A DNA stretch of 58,364 nt from NCBI GenBank assembly GCA_004431415.1, contig QPMI01000697.1, positions 1 through 58,364 on the forward strand. Direction: 5' to 3'. This DNA comes from Cyanophora paradoxa CCMP329 (lineage: Eukaryota > Plantae > Glaucophyta). The position numbers and the translations under genes were made by a program. This document shows positions 1-11,873 of this stretch, piece after piece (the first letter of the stretch is position 1; each line of letters begins with the position of its first letter). Below the pieces are notes generated by a model. That model was not told where the DNA came from. It saw only the letters and a list, made by a program, of their open reading frames with translations, and searched no databases.

Positions 1-1380
1 AGCTAGTTTTGGTCCTTTCTCTTAGTGTTCTTTGAGGTTTAGGGGCTGTATATGACTCCTTAGTAGTCTGAAAGTCATTATACCATCTCTGGCTATTCAC
101 TTCTGAAAGTTTCTGTGTTCCTGCTATAGTGAGCTTTTTGAGTTCCCTGTTAACTTTGCCAGCCTTCTCCTTTCTAGCCTCTATCAAAGGCTTATCTGGG
201 ACTTCATTAGCAGCTTCTATGCCCTCTCTCCTTATAGCAGCATCAACCCTAGCTTCCTCTTTAGCTTGCTCTAAGGCATCCACTGTAGGGGTTTCCAGAT
301 ACTCAACTGCATTCACAGGCAACAGCTCATGGAAAGCAAACCTGTTATCTATGATCTCTCCAGTGGGACTCTTTAGCTTAAACTTAAAGCCTTCTCTACT
401 ATCAACAGTGTAAACCATCCTAGACCAATTGTTACCCTGTTTAGCAAAGGGGTTCTTCTCAACTTTCACTCTAACAAACATGCCAGGCTGCATGGTATCA
501 AGATAAGCTATAGATTTCTTGAATCTTTCATCTTCTAATCCTACTATATACCTATAATGCTCCTCTGTAGTTTCACCTGGCTTCATCTTAGTAGCTGAGT
601 GAACTGTATTATTGTAATTATACTCAATATCACCTAACACATCAAAGAATCTAGCTGTGTTATTAGCTATGCAGTAGTTTGTGATCAGTCTCTTAATCTG
701 CTTGTTAAAGGCTTCAATTCGACCTTGGCTTCTATGGTCAGCAGTTCCACTCACTTGGTGTTCTATGAATTTACTAGATAAATACTCCTGGAATATTCGA
801 TTTTGGAATTCACTCCCAGCATCTGATTGAACTTTTACTATGGGTCTTGCCACTCTCATTTCAAGCTGTTTAAATGCAGCTAATGTAGTGAGAGCTGATT
901 TATCCTTATAGGTATGATATACCCAGTTCTCAGTGTTGATTCCATTGCAGTCATAAAGGTATCATAGCCATTGTTTTGTTTCTTATAAGCTGGGAAAAAG
1001 AGCAAATCAATCACATAGGTATCAAGGGGTTGCCTAATTGGACCATGGGATCTCTCTTCCTAGATATAGCAGGTGCATTGATCTGAACAACTTCTTGTTT
1101 TTTATAGAACTCTTGCAACTGCTTATAGGATTCATCAGGTAACTCAGCCCTCATAGCTTGAAGCCCTTTGTAACCAGTTCTCACATCATAGAATCTCTTG
1201 GCAATCTTGCTGTTTCTTTCACTGCAATAGCAACTGGGATCTCTACTGGGACAAGCTCTTTCATCTCTGACTTTTTTACAATTCGAGATTCCCTTTTCCT
1301 CCTTTGGGAACTGTGATAGGCAGTAGGTTACCTTGTAGTTGCTCAGTGGTTCTCCTAACTATTCTTCCAGTTGCTGGCAT
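1..1380 (-). CDS. Retroviral-type (rve) DDE integrase, frameshifted, 3' end runs off window
   Basis: Not in the ORF track. Manual minus-strand translation gives VIDLLFF, KVQSDAGSEFQN (~806-829), GRIEAFNKQIK, YNYNNTVHSATKMKP and VRVKVEKNPFAKQGNNWS, typical Maverick integrase motifs. ATG at 1380 directly follows the PolB stop. Confidence 0.9.
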
Positions 1381-1383
1381 CTC

Positions 1384-4300
1384 TTAATTAAAAGGAACAG
1401 AATTAATACCATCTGGTAAGATGTATCTCTTTGCATCAAAGCAGTTTAGGGCAACCCTTCTACTCACAGTGTCTATTATTGTGTGATCTGCCCTTCTTTC
1501 TGCTTTGCAGTCACAGTCTTGCTGATACCTGCAAATAAACACTGTTTAAAATCATTAAATTGGAGTTCCTCAGTGAAGTCCCAGAGAGCTTACTCCTCTC
1601 AATCTCAGCAGTTCTGAAACTGTAAACTTTAGCTCTCAGACCCACATACTCCAATATAGCAGAGCCAGGCATCTCATTTTTGTATTTACCTGGGGTCATT
1701 CTGGAATCACCTCCAAGGTCCATGCATAGATATATTCTCTATATCTTTTTGTAGGGTCTTAGATTCGAATATAGACAAAAGGAATCAGTATCATGGAAAG
1801 TAACTTTGCTTTGGACCATTGGGACCTTACAGTATCATAGAAGAACTGGTAATTATGCAGTTTGGCTGCATCCAAAACATAAGCCCCTTGCAACAGGCTT
1901 ATCTAGTTTCACATGCTTTTGTGTAAAACTCAAAGGCAACTGCCCTTTCACTTATGGGACTTGTTGATTTCACCAATGGGAGCTGCATATTTCATAAATA
2001 GCTTCTCAGTGTTGGCAATCTTAACCACAGATCGACCTCTACATGATTCAATGCATTTCCCATAGATTGAATTATTCATGAGCTTATAGAAATCAGCCTC
2101 GAATTTATTCACTGCTTTCCTTCTCATATCAGTATTCAGCTCAATGTAGGGTTTCATTACAGGAGCCACAGTAAATGATAGGACCCTGTGAACCTTCTTT
2201 AGTTTCACACCTTTAGCTAACATGTATTGTAGAAGAGGCTCAGAAACTACATAGTTGGTCACAGAACCAAAGGTTGCAGTTAGCTTAGGGGTTTTATCAA
2301 GCTCTTCTCCTGAGAGATCCAATAGGCTTTTTGATATTGTGATAATTCGGCATATTCTACTATTTTCTTGTTAATAATTAGAGGGAAATCACTGTGATCT
2401 AGAAACAGCCTAATTGGGTATCCAGATCAACTTCTAGGAAACTGGATCTGTTATCTTGTGGGTTGAATTCGGTCTCCCATCTAAAATCACCAACTGGGAT
2501 TGGCTGACTCAAACAGTAGCCATACAAGTTGTTAGCATCAAACAGCATAATATGGGAGTTCTCACCATCAGCCTCAGCATACCTACAAGGCATTGTTGCA
2601 AACCCACCCCTGATTCCCCTCTCAACAAATTCGTATTGCTCTACATCACTTATAAGCTCTATTTTTGCCTTGGTGGTCCTTAACATAGCATCCCAAGATA
2701 GCCCAGGTGCAGATACATAATGAACTGGGTCAAGTCCATATACTGAGTGTGAAAGCCTTCTAAAAGCCTGGAATTTGTTCATTAACTCAGTCCACATCAG
2801 CAGCTCCGAAATCCATGAAATTGCTTGCATCAATGAACTTGTAAAGACCCCATTGCAATGAAGGTATTGATCAAAGTTTTTCGAAAGGATTTCGATTCGC
2901 TTTTTATCACCCATGCCTGCTATTTTTCTGAAAATGAATGTCCCACAGTCATCCATTTGGTCAACAACCACTGCAACTTTGGTTTGCTTTGAGATTCTCC
3001 TATGGAGATTGCAGTTTCTGCATGCAGGAGCAATATAATTGCCTGTGTGATGATCATGATCCCTGCATTTGAAGTTCTCTTTGGTGAACCTCTCACTGCA
3101 AAGGTAACAGTGTTTAGTAGCCTTGTAAATTGCTTTCTGCTCATCTGTGAGTTCATTCATGGGAATATTGGTAAACAGGAAATCGATCAGCTCTCTTGCT
3201 TTGGATTCCAAGCATTCAAACAGATCTCCCATTGGATCCTGCCCCTCAAATCGAAAATCTTGAACATCTGCCCCAGTGACTATTCTAAGGTTGACTGCTG
3301 AAACTTCCCTCTTGGATTTCGATGCATCAATGGGGATGCTTCTATGTTCAATCTTGCAGTAGACCACAACAGGAAGCCAACAGTTTTCCTAAGGTTTTTG
3401 AGTCCAAACTCTATGGTGGTCTCAGGTTTAGGGGTGATTCCCTTGAGAGTCTCCAATCAATGCATCTGTTTGAGTCCACATGAGCAGTGAGTTTAGCCTC
3501 AGACCTGAATCGAGATTAAGCATGTGTCACAGTAGTGTAACTTTTGATCCTTGTGTTTTATCAAGGGCAACTCTGAGAGTCTTGAAAGGGACATGATAGT
3601 AATATAGTGACCATTCCCTTCATCATCATGAATGAGCATGAGATTAATCTTTTGCTTTCTGCCTGGGTTGCTGGATTGATGCAGGGATAAATAACCTCTC
3701 CATCGATTCCAAATATATTAATGCTAATGCCTGCATTTTGAGCCTCGAATTTATCAATTATTTCAGCATCACAGGCAACAGGGAATGGGATATTGTCGAA
3801 ATTGAGAGCCAAAGGATGTATGTGGTTGGTGAGTATTTCCATTTGCGATATTGTGTAAGCTCACTTCTCTTGTGGGAATTTACATCTTTCCTATGGATCC
3901 ATGCCAAAATGGCATTTTCAAAGCAAGAATCATCAATATTTCGAATATTCACTGTGGCTCTCTTGGCTGCAATTGATTCTGGTGTTTTAACATAGCAGCC
4001 ACCAGTTGGAGCATAACTCATAATAGCTACTCTGAGCATTTCGATTCTCTCAAGTCGATAGCTATCAACCACATTCATCTGCTCCTGACACATTTGGGCT
4101 GCTTTATTCAGCTCAGTTCGAATATTTCTCGATTTAGTTAATACAAAATAATCGCTGTAAATGTATTTCGATATCCAAACCTGCGGATTGCTGACTTTAA
4201 CGAACTTGCAGATAACGATAAGCGAACCTTTATTGCCCTGAATTGATCCAGACTATCCCTTAAACGTTTTGGTAGAGAGGTTGCAATTCTATCTAAATAT

Positions 4301-4620
4301 TCAATCACATCTACAACAACTTCCCTTCTGGCTCTGTATGTGAGCCAGCGATATAATTCATTCATGGCTGTGCCATCTTCTGCCTCTGGTTCTATTTGCC
4401 TCAGGCGATCGAGTTCATCAAGAGTTTCAACTTTATCATAGAGGTTATTGGCTTTTCTGGTTAATTTTGCTAAAGTGGGTCTGCCCCTTGAAATAAATCC
4501 GATTTCCCGGTCATATTCAGCCTCTGTGATTTCATGGGCTGCATACAGTGTTCCCAGTAATCCCATAAGTTCCCATTTCTTCTCTCTAATGAGTCTGTTG
4601 CTAATTCGGGCATAGTTCCT
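1384..4620 (-). CDS. Protein-primed family B DNA polymerase (pPolB), split by several frameshifts
   Basis: Fragments carry GGCYVKTP..VNIRNIDDSCF, a C2H2-like CDTC, endonuclease-VII-like CYLC..CRDHDH..CRNCN, SAPGLSW, GIRGG, DANNLYG, KLMNNSIYGK, FHDTDS (~1781-1799), GLRAKVYS and the C-terminal DAKRYILPDGINSVPFN*. Start position approximate. Confidence 0.92.
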
Positions 4621-4723
4621 AACTTGTTCCTACTAAAAGGGAGGTTTTAAATGGGGATATTCCGAACGCAAAAATTTGATGAAAACTACTTAAAGAAATA
4701 TCTTCTATATATATAAAAGGACA

Positions 4724-5301
4724 ATGGCAGAGAACAAAGCAACATCTTCTCTGGAACGCTTGAAGGCTACATTAATGTTTCTTTGTGGATCTAATAACTT
4801 TAAAGACTTTGTCGCTTTGGGAGAAGCAAATATATGAACTCTTTGTATTTGAAACTTGCAAAGTATGATTTGACTCACGAAAGCCTTCCTCCACACTCAA
4901 ACAGCTGTGCTTGCAAGCATCATATTGAAGAACAATGCTACATCTTGCATGTGGATAAAAAGATTGTGGTTCTTGTTGGCAACTGCTGCATTAAACGATT
5001 TATGCCAAATGGTGCAAGGAGGGAAGATATATGCAAGAAATGCGGAGATCGACATAAAAACCGTAAGGATAATTTCTGCAATAAGTGCAGGATTATCATA
5101 AAGGAGGAGGAATTGGAAAGAAAAAAGCAAATCCAGAAAGAAGCAGAGGAGCGAAAGAAACAACTTGAATTAGAAGAAAGAGAGCGAAGGCAGAGAGAAT
5201 TAGAACAAGAAAGAGCAAGGAATAGACATGCAGTTAATCTTTTCCTGATTTGGTGCAACCAGTTCATTCAAAAATGGATAATCTTCGCAGAGATGATATA
5301 G
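4724..5301 (+). CDS. Cys/His-rich putative Zn-binding protein with coiled coil; possibly the frameshifted N-terminus of the helicase
   Basis: CACKHHI..VGNCCIKRF..CKKC..CNKC followed by an E/R/K-rich helix. An upstream ATG at ~4724 is out of frame with ORF 4834-5301. Confidence 0.55.
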
Positions 5302-6714
5302 AGAGGTTCAGAGAGGGTAGATCTGCATTGATTGAAATGTATGCAGAACTCAGTACAACAAACACATTGGTTGCTGGGTTTCAGGTGCCTTTCTTAAAAA
5401 AGATATCGCAAAAGGATTAGATTGCAGATGGAATAAGGACAAGAAAAACATGGGAGACCTTGGAATCGAACCATTTGTAGCATTGCTTTCGAAGCAGCTT
5501 TCGAAGAAAGATCCAAAACATTGATGACCATTGCCAAAATCTTAAACAATCAGGATTTCGCAAATCCCTTCTGACTGACTTGGTCCCACTGCTGAATGAT
5601 GATGAATTCTTTGAGAAGATTGACACTGTACCATATGTGATTGGATTCGAAAATGGTGTATTTGATCTGACAACTATGACTTTCAGAAAGGGGAAACTGG
5701 AAGATATGGTGAGCAAGACTGTGGGTTATGACTATACTGAAAATGTAGACCCCAAGAAAATAGAGCATCTCAATCAGATTTATAAAGAGATTGTGGATGA
5801 TCCAGCAGAGCGAAAGTACCTTCTGGCATCCATTGCAATTGCTCTTAGTGGATCAACTAAATCCCAGAAGTTCTATATGTGACTGGTGCTGGTGCTAATG
5901 GTAAATCACTTGTTCAGGAATACTGCAAACAGATATCTGGTCGTTATTACAGCCCTCTCGAAATATCCTATTGGACTAAGCCTAAAAAGAACTCATCAGA
6001 GGCTACTCCTGAACTTGCCAAACTCCTTGGAAAGCGACTTGTATTCAGTAATGAGGCTGAAGATGGTGATAAACTGCAGATCTCCAAGATTAAGGAGGTC
6101 ACAGGTGGAAATGAAATGACTGTGAGAGCCTTGTTCAAAGATCCAGTTATCCTCACTCCAATGTTTCAAGTTTACATTACAACTAATGACAATTTGACTA
6201 TTAATAAACCAGACTTCGCAATTCAAAGAAGACTTTCATACCAGAGATTCAACAATATTTTCAGAGAGAAGCCAGAAGCTGGTCAGAAGAAAGCTGATCC
6301 AACTCTGTTCACACTTCTTCACAATGATGATGAGTATAAGATGGCTCACATGAAGATATTACTGGATATGTGGAAAAACAAAGAGGTTGAAGAGATCTTA
6401 AGAAGTCCCCCTCAATCGATTATTGAACAGGGAATTAACTTTATAGCTGAAAATGACAAGATGGTGAATGGCTTCGAGATAATTTCGAGGTTACACATAA
6501 TGCTAACGACTTTGTTTCCAGTGATATCATTTACAAATCATACAAAAGTGTTGATGATAAAGTTGAATGTGTATCTGTGATGAAAAGAGTAAGGGAAATC
6601 TTCAATGTTAAATCAGAGGTTAAACGAATTCATGGAACCAGAGCAAGGGGCTACATTGGACTTCGAAAGATAACAAGGGTTCAAGAAGACAATGGAGAGG
6701 ATGTTGAATATTAA
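5302..6714 (+). CDS. D5-like SF3 helicase with C-terminal winged-helix-like region, frameshifted
   Basis: D5_N motif IGFENGVFDL..FRKG..EDMVSK, Walker A GAGANGKS, LGKRLVFSNE, KEVTGG..VRALF, TTN, AIQRRL. A shifted frame continues WLRDNFEV..RGYIGLRK to the stop at 6712-6714. No primase domain recognised. Confidence 0.9.
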
Positions 6715-6777
6715 ACAAAACGATTAATGATTGATTTGTATATGTAATTTTTATAGCCTTACTGGAAATGGTGTTGT

Positions 6778-6905
6778 TCACAGGTGTCACAGGTCCATCC
6801 CAGGGAAAGTCAAACATAAAAAATGATTTTGAAAATCGGTGGGATAGACCTGTGACACCTGTGACACCTGTGACACCTGTGACACCTGTGACACCTGTCA
6901 CACCT
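6778..6905. promoter_or_regulatory. Candidate iteron-type replication origin, copy 1
   Basis: Two inverted plus six direct 9-bp ACCTGTGAC units flank an AT-rich core containing GATTTT-G-AAAATC. Lies ~65 bp downstream of the helicase stop. Confidence 0.6.
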
Positions 6906-6971
6906 ATCGAAAAAGACCAAAATTTGACAAGAATACTTAAGGCTTACTTGATTGTGTATAGTGAAGACAAA

Positions 6972-7193
6972 ATGGCAAAGACTCTTGATGAGATGACCAT
7001 GACTGAGTTAGATAAATGCATAAAGCATGGAGATATTGGAGCATATATCGAAATGTCACAGAGATTGATAGGTTACAATATGTATGCAGCTAAACCAAAG
7101 AGAAATAGATCAGTTAACATTCACATTACTGTTTCAGTGTCTGAGAATGCAAACAAAAAACAACAAAAGCATATTTACAAAAGTTATCTGTGA
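6972..7193 (+). CDS. Small hypothetical viral protein
   Basis: ATG-started 3' part of ORF 6768-7193 (MAKTLDEMT...). The upstream part of that ORF is the iteron repeat. Confidence 0.4.
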   Translation: MAKTLDEMTMTELDKCIKHGDIGAYIEMSQRLIGYNMYAAKPKRNRSVNIHITVSVSENANKKQQKHIYKSYL

Positions 7194-7280
7194 CTTGATT
7201 GCAAGTATAAAGCCAATTCCTTTGTATATATTTTTATAGCTGCCTCAGTAGCATACTGAGACCGCTTTTTCTCAATTTTC

Positions 7281-7530
7281 TTATAGACCTGGGGTTCCAT
7301 TGCTACTATCAGTTGGCAAATAATATTTAATCGGTCTTCCTCTGGGTCTCTGCTCCTCTTTTTGGGCTTTTCTGCGATAATAGGATGCCAGGGCTTGCTG
7401 CTTTTTATACTCTCTATATTCTGGGTCCTCTCTATATCGTTTCTGCTTTGCTAGAATGTGTCTAATAGCACCCTCAGTTAAAGGCTCATCACTGGTAAAC
7501 TCGATCAAACTAATTGTATCCTCCATTAAT
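7281..7530 (-). CDS. Small basic DNA-binding protein with AT-hook
   Basis: KQKRYREDPEYREYKKQQALASYYRRK..RPRGRP; start approximate (MEDTIS...). Confidence 0.55.
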
Positions 7531-7842
7531 ATTTGCTGAGAAAACGTTTTCGCCTGGCAAAGAACTTCTCCTTGGATACTCCTGTTGCTCATATGTATAC
7601 TCTGTGGGGTCTGCTGGCATTGACTCCACTGAAACTGTTGATCTCCTTCTCTCTCTTGCTTCTGAGGCATTATCCTCATTATCTGACATCTCAAACTCCA
7701 CTGTTGTCTCACAACATCCACTGTGGCAATTGCTCACCACATGCAGACTGAACATCTCGAAGAACTTTCGTATTATGTCCATATCTCTAATAAAACAGAG
7801 ATAATTAAAGCCAAACTCGTCTTTTATATACTGTTGGGGCAA
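7510..7842 (-). CDS. Hypothetical viral protein
   Basis: Open frame colinear with neighbouring minus-strand genes. Confidence 0.4.
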   Translation of the reverse strand: MPQQYIKDEFGFNYLCFIRDMDIIRKFFEMFSLHVVSNCHSGCCETTVEFEMSDNEDNASEARERRRSTVSVESMPADPTEYTYEQQEYPRRSSLPGENVFSANINGGYN

Positions 7843-7851
7843 CTCCCTTTT

Positions 7852-8538
7852 CTACTTCAGCTTTGGTGGCACCAGGTTCAATGGTTCCCTTTTGGGTTTT
7901 TGTTTCATTTCATCTACTGCCTGCTCATCGATTTGGTTCTCTTTCTTAGCAATAAACTGTTTATCTGGGACACCAGTGATTCCCATTTTATAAACTTCCT
8001 TTCGAAGCATCTCCTTTAGCTTGGCTCTCTCTTTCTTCTCAGTAACATACTGCTCCAAAGCACTGGATTTGGCTTCCAGATCTTTGAGTTTAGCAGTCAT
8101 CTCATCCCATTGAGCCTTGGGAATTCGATGAATATTTTGAGTGGGAGCAGTCTTGTATGTGACTTCACCAGCCATAGACTGAATAACCTTGTCTGATTCT
8201 TTACTAAGACCCTCACCTTTGCGAGCCAGTGAAAGATCTTGCAAGCCTAAACCTTTGTCATCAGCAGCCCCAATAATTCGCCTGGCACCCTCAGCAACAG
8301 ACTTCATCTTTGAGGCTTCAGGTGAAATGTTGAGTTGGTCACTGGTTGAAGCCTGTGGGGCTTTGTCATCAAATGATTCCTCATAGGCAGCATTGAGGGG
8401 GTCTTCTTGTTGTTGAGAGGGCTTCACTTCATTCATACCATTGAATTTCAGTGGGTCTGTGTTAATGGATCCATTGTTTCCACCACCTGAATAGCCAACA
8501 GCCCCAGCTGGGATCCCTATCTTTCGTTTGGGAGGCAT
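7852..8538 (-). CDS. Hypothetical viral protein (NLS-like N-terminus, coiled coil)
   Basis: 228-aa ORF starting MPPKRK, adjacent to the ATPase in the morphogenesis block. Confidence 0.65.
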   Translation of the reverse strand: MPPKRKIGIPAGAVGYSGGGNNGSINTDPLKFNGMNEVKPSQQQEDPLNAAYEESFDDKAPQASTSDQLNISPEASKMKSVAEGARRIIGAADDKGLGLQDLSLARKGEGLSKESDKVIQSMAGEVTYKTAPTQNIHRIPKAQWDEMTAKLKDLEAKSSALEQYVTEKKERAKLKEMLRKEVYKMGITGVPDKQFIAKKENQIDEQAVDEMKQKPKREPLNLVPPKLK

Positions 8539-8566
8539 TGTATCTTTATTAGAATGAGAGATAATT

Positions 8567-9347
8567 TTATAAACCGCGTTTATATCGCATCAATTTATTG
8601 CTATGGACTTGGCTTTTCACTTCTTTGGGGGCTTCCTCTTTCTCTGGTGGTTTCAGTTCATCTTCTTTCTTTTTTGGCTTCCTGTGGAAGCGAGGAAATG
8701 GGAAATCTTTCACAAGCTCAGCTTTATCTACATAGTATTTAACTGAGTAGTTTGCAGAGGACCAAATGATATACTGATAGGAGTGAACATACTCTTCAAA
8801 CATCTTGTAGAAATCCTCTTTATTTCGCATTATATTGTATTCTTCCTCTATGGCTTCCAGTTCTTTGCGATTTGCAGCACTTAGAAACATTGCATAATCC
8901 GAATTTACTCGAATAGTCGAAGAGACTTTCTTAGCTTTTGTGTGATGCAGATAATGGATATTTTCGAATGGCGACCTCTGGAATACAGAGATCCGATTAT
9001 TTTATCCCTTGTGAGATCGACTATCTCATTATCGATTAAATCATCTAAAACCACACACAATTGGTTACAGGTTCACCTTTCTCTATTTTCTCTTGCCTCT
9101 CATCTAGCAATTTAGCAATGTAAGGGGCATCCCATTTTCCCAGTTGCAGTGTTGCCACTTTATCCCAGAAATGATTGAAGCTGGTTCCACTCACAACTAA
9201 TACAACATCAATCTTTTTGGCATCATGTAATTGCTTTAACCAATACTTTACAGCTTCTGATTTACCAGTTGCTGATTTTCCTATTGCCAATACACGAAAT
9301 GGTGGTTCTATCATTTCACCAGCCACAAATTCATCCAAATCAGTCAT
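8567..9347 (-). CDS. A32/FtsK-HerA family genome-packaging ATPase (one frameshift near 9055)
   Basis: Walker A IGKSATGKS. After the shift: VLDDLID (Walker B) and LYSRGRHSKISIICITQ..STIRVNSDY, joining ORF 8567-8890. Confidence 0.9.
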
Positions 9348-9411
9348 TGTTGTATATCTTTCTTAATAAAGACATATAAAAATAATGCAGGAGACTGAAA
9401 ATCGTAACAAT

Positions 9412-10808
9412 CTATAAATTAATTCTGCGTAAACCATCTTTGTCGACAATAATAAAGCTATGCATGAGAGCGCGAACATTAACATCGATTACCTTATCTG
9501 AAGGCATGTAGAGGGTGAGGAATGAAGAGGAGGAATTTGTTAAATCAACATAACCAGACTGGGCAATATTTCGAATCGCCTTTTCTCCATCAAGGCAGAA
9601 AGGCAATCCTGAAAGGACATAGCGATCAGCAACCTTATCCATGTTAGAGCATTTGAAGGCATCAGCAATTAGCTCAGCACCTTTGAGTAGGGAAATTGGC
9701 TCAGTGGCAAAAAGTCGCTGACCATTTATTTCAGTTGTAAATGTTATGTCTTTGGAGTTGGCATAGGTCTTAAGAACACTGTGGGAGCCATTGGATTTGT
9801 CAACAGTTGCATTATCACGAACTGAAACAAGCAGAGCATATACAAGACCTGAGATTTGAGAGAGGTTAATTCGATTGGGTTGGGCATTGCCCTTAGCAGG
9901 GAAAGCAATAGCATCAACAATCCAATATCAAGGGAGGGAATAGCCATGCCAGTAGTCTTAACTTTTTCAATTACAGTAGCGAAAAGCTCATCAGAAACAT
10001 TAATAGCATGCATATAAAGGCGAGGAGAAGTAATTGAAATTTCAGGAGTTGTTGCACCAAGAGTAAAGTCTGTGATGTTTTGACCAACATTTGCCAGAAC
10101 AGTTTCAGCAGGGGCAGTTCCAAGACCATCATCTTTTGAATAATCTACATCAGCTGCTGCAACAGTAAGACCACGACCACCATAGGAAGTTTCAACATAA
10201 CCCTTTCCAGCATCCTTAAACCAAACAGTAACAACCATTTCACCAGATAAAGCACCAAGGGGAAGGTAGTGATTTAGCCAAGGCACAGGAATTTCAACAA
10301 AGAATGAGCCACCAAGGCGGTTGGTTCCATGAGCAGGGATGCCATGAACCATGCCCATTGATCGCTTCTTTTTAGCTAGTTGATCCTCCGAATAATAGAC
10401 CAGGGGGAAATGAGCAAGGAAATCAGATGGAATATGGTAGGTGTAAGATCCATAGGTAATTTCAAGTCGCTGAACTAAAGCACCAACTGGGCGAGTGTAT
10501 CCATTGCGAACTAGATCAGTATCACCAGCAAAAGTGATAGCTGGAAGGTCAAAAGCAAGTTCGAGTTTTCCACAGAAATTGTAGCGAGGTAGCTTGAAGG
10601 AAATGCGATTTCCTACATTATTTGTGAAAGTATTACTAGGATTCACAACAACTAGAACTGGCTTAGACTTGGATTCGAGACCAAGCATAAGGGAGTTATC
10701 CAGGAAAAAGGCTTTCGCCTCCTCTGGGTTGTTAGGGCTTCTTTCAGCGAAAGTCTTTGAAGAGTGGAAGTGATATCCATTATATTCTCTTTTATTATAC
10801 TGCAACAT
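9412..10808 (-). CDS. Major capsid protein, double jelly-roll (one frameshift near 9925; ~465 aa)
   Basis: Located between ATPase and penton. Beta-rich motifs ISFKLPR, LVQRLEITYG, YLPLGAL, and a C-terminus VNVRALMHSFIIVDKDG. One base restores a continuous frame. Confidence 0.8.
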
Positions 10809-10833
10809 AAAAAATCTACCAATGATCCTTAAT

Positions 10834-11844
10834 TTATGCGAAGTTTGTAATAACTGGATAGGAAGGGTGAAGCTGCGACATTCTCATCTTATAGTATTCA
10901 TAAACTGGGTCCCCAGCTGGCTCATCACCATAGCGAATTTCAAAGGTAAGATGAACAGGTTGACCCTCGAAATCAATTGGTTCATTAACAGCATTCACAA
11001 TATCAACCGAGAAAGTGGATAATCCAACCTTCTTATTATAGTATTTGTAAAGTGGATGAGCCTCTGTCGAATTGTAAACTACATGCTCACCATAATCTTT
11101 GTCAGGGACCACTATTTTATGGAAGTAACCAGTCAGGAGACCATCCCCACATTGCACCAGATCACCCAGCTCCTTTACTCTCACAAACAAAACACTGTCC
11201 CTGGTCATTTCAGGCTCAAATGAAGATATAATACCGTTTACTCGAGTTCCAGTAAAGATTCCATCAGTGAGAGCATCATAGACCTGTGATTTGATTGGGG
11301 AATTACCATATCTTCCAGGATCAAGACCAAGCAGTCTACCTGAACTCAATAGCTTTTGAATTGTTTGCAGGTTTGGATTTACAGCAAGTGAGAAAGCCAG
11401 GTAAAACTTTTTTTCGGAATGGAATACTATTCGTTTCAGTGACTCATCCCATTTGCAGCGAACAGATGGTTTAGGATTTCTGTCATTAAACTTTTCATTT
11501 ATAACATTCACCAGCTGTTGGTGGTTTTGAATGGGGGTTTCGCGATTTACAATGAATTGTTTCCATTGTTCAAAATCAGCAGCTGGGCGAGTTGTTGGAA
11601 TTCCTGTAATTCCAGCTCCCGCAAGCTCTTCAGAATAGTAAATACTAAATGAATTGTCGATTGTTACATCTCCTACTTTGGTTTCCCCACTCACCATAGG
11701 GATGCTGTTATAAAATTCGGCTGAGACCAGTCTCACAGCCCTCACATTCTCATAAGTACTGGGGAGTCTAGCCACAAAGCTTGATGTGGGACCATCACCA
11801 GAGATTGTATTAAATGAGCTAACCTCGATGTAATCCACAGGCAT
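10834..11844 (-). CDS. Minor capsid (penton) protein 1
   Basis: N-terminal IEVSS..PTSSFVARLP..ENVRAVRLVSAEFYNS and C-terminal LSTFSVDIVN..IDFEG..LTFEI, the PLV/NCLDV penton pattern. Confidence 0.82.
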   Translation of the reverse strand: MPVDYIEVSSFNTISGDGPTSSFVARLPSTYENVRAVRLVSAEFYNSIPMVSGETKVGDVTIDNSFSIYYSEELAGAGITGIPTTRPAADFEQWKQFIVNRETPIQNHQQLVNVINEKFNDRNPKPSVRCKWDESLKRIVFHSEKKFYLAFSLAVNPNLQTIQKLLSSGRLLGLDPGRYGNSPIKSQVYDALTDGIFTGTRVNGIISSFEPEMTRDSVLFVRVKELGDLVQCGDGLLTGYFHKIVVPDKDYGEHVVYNSTEAHPLYKYYNKKVGLSTFSVDIVNAVNEPIDFEGQPVHLTFEIRYGDEPAGDPVYEYYKMRMSQLHPSYPVITNFA

Positions 11845-11873
11845 TCTTCTTTTATCTATATTTATATATTAAA

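Noticed and set aside
129-413. Plus-strand 94-aa ORF
   Set aside because: Antisense shadow of the integrase frame.
6620-6905. ORFs encoding VTG/TPV tripeptide repeats
   Set aside because: They are translations of the 9-bp DNA repeat, which recurs in non-coding context at 24.8 kb.
1384-10808. Programmed ribosomal frameshifting or an alternative genetic code
   Set aside because: No consistent slippery motif; single-base homopolymer losses are simpler, and neighbouring long ORFs read normally.
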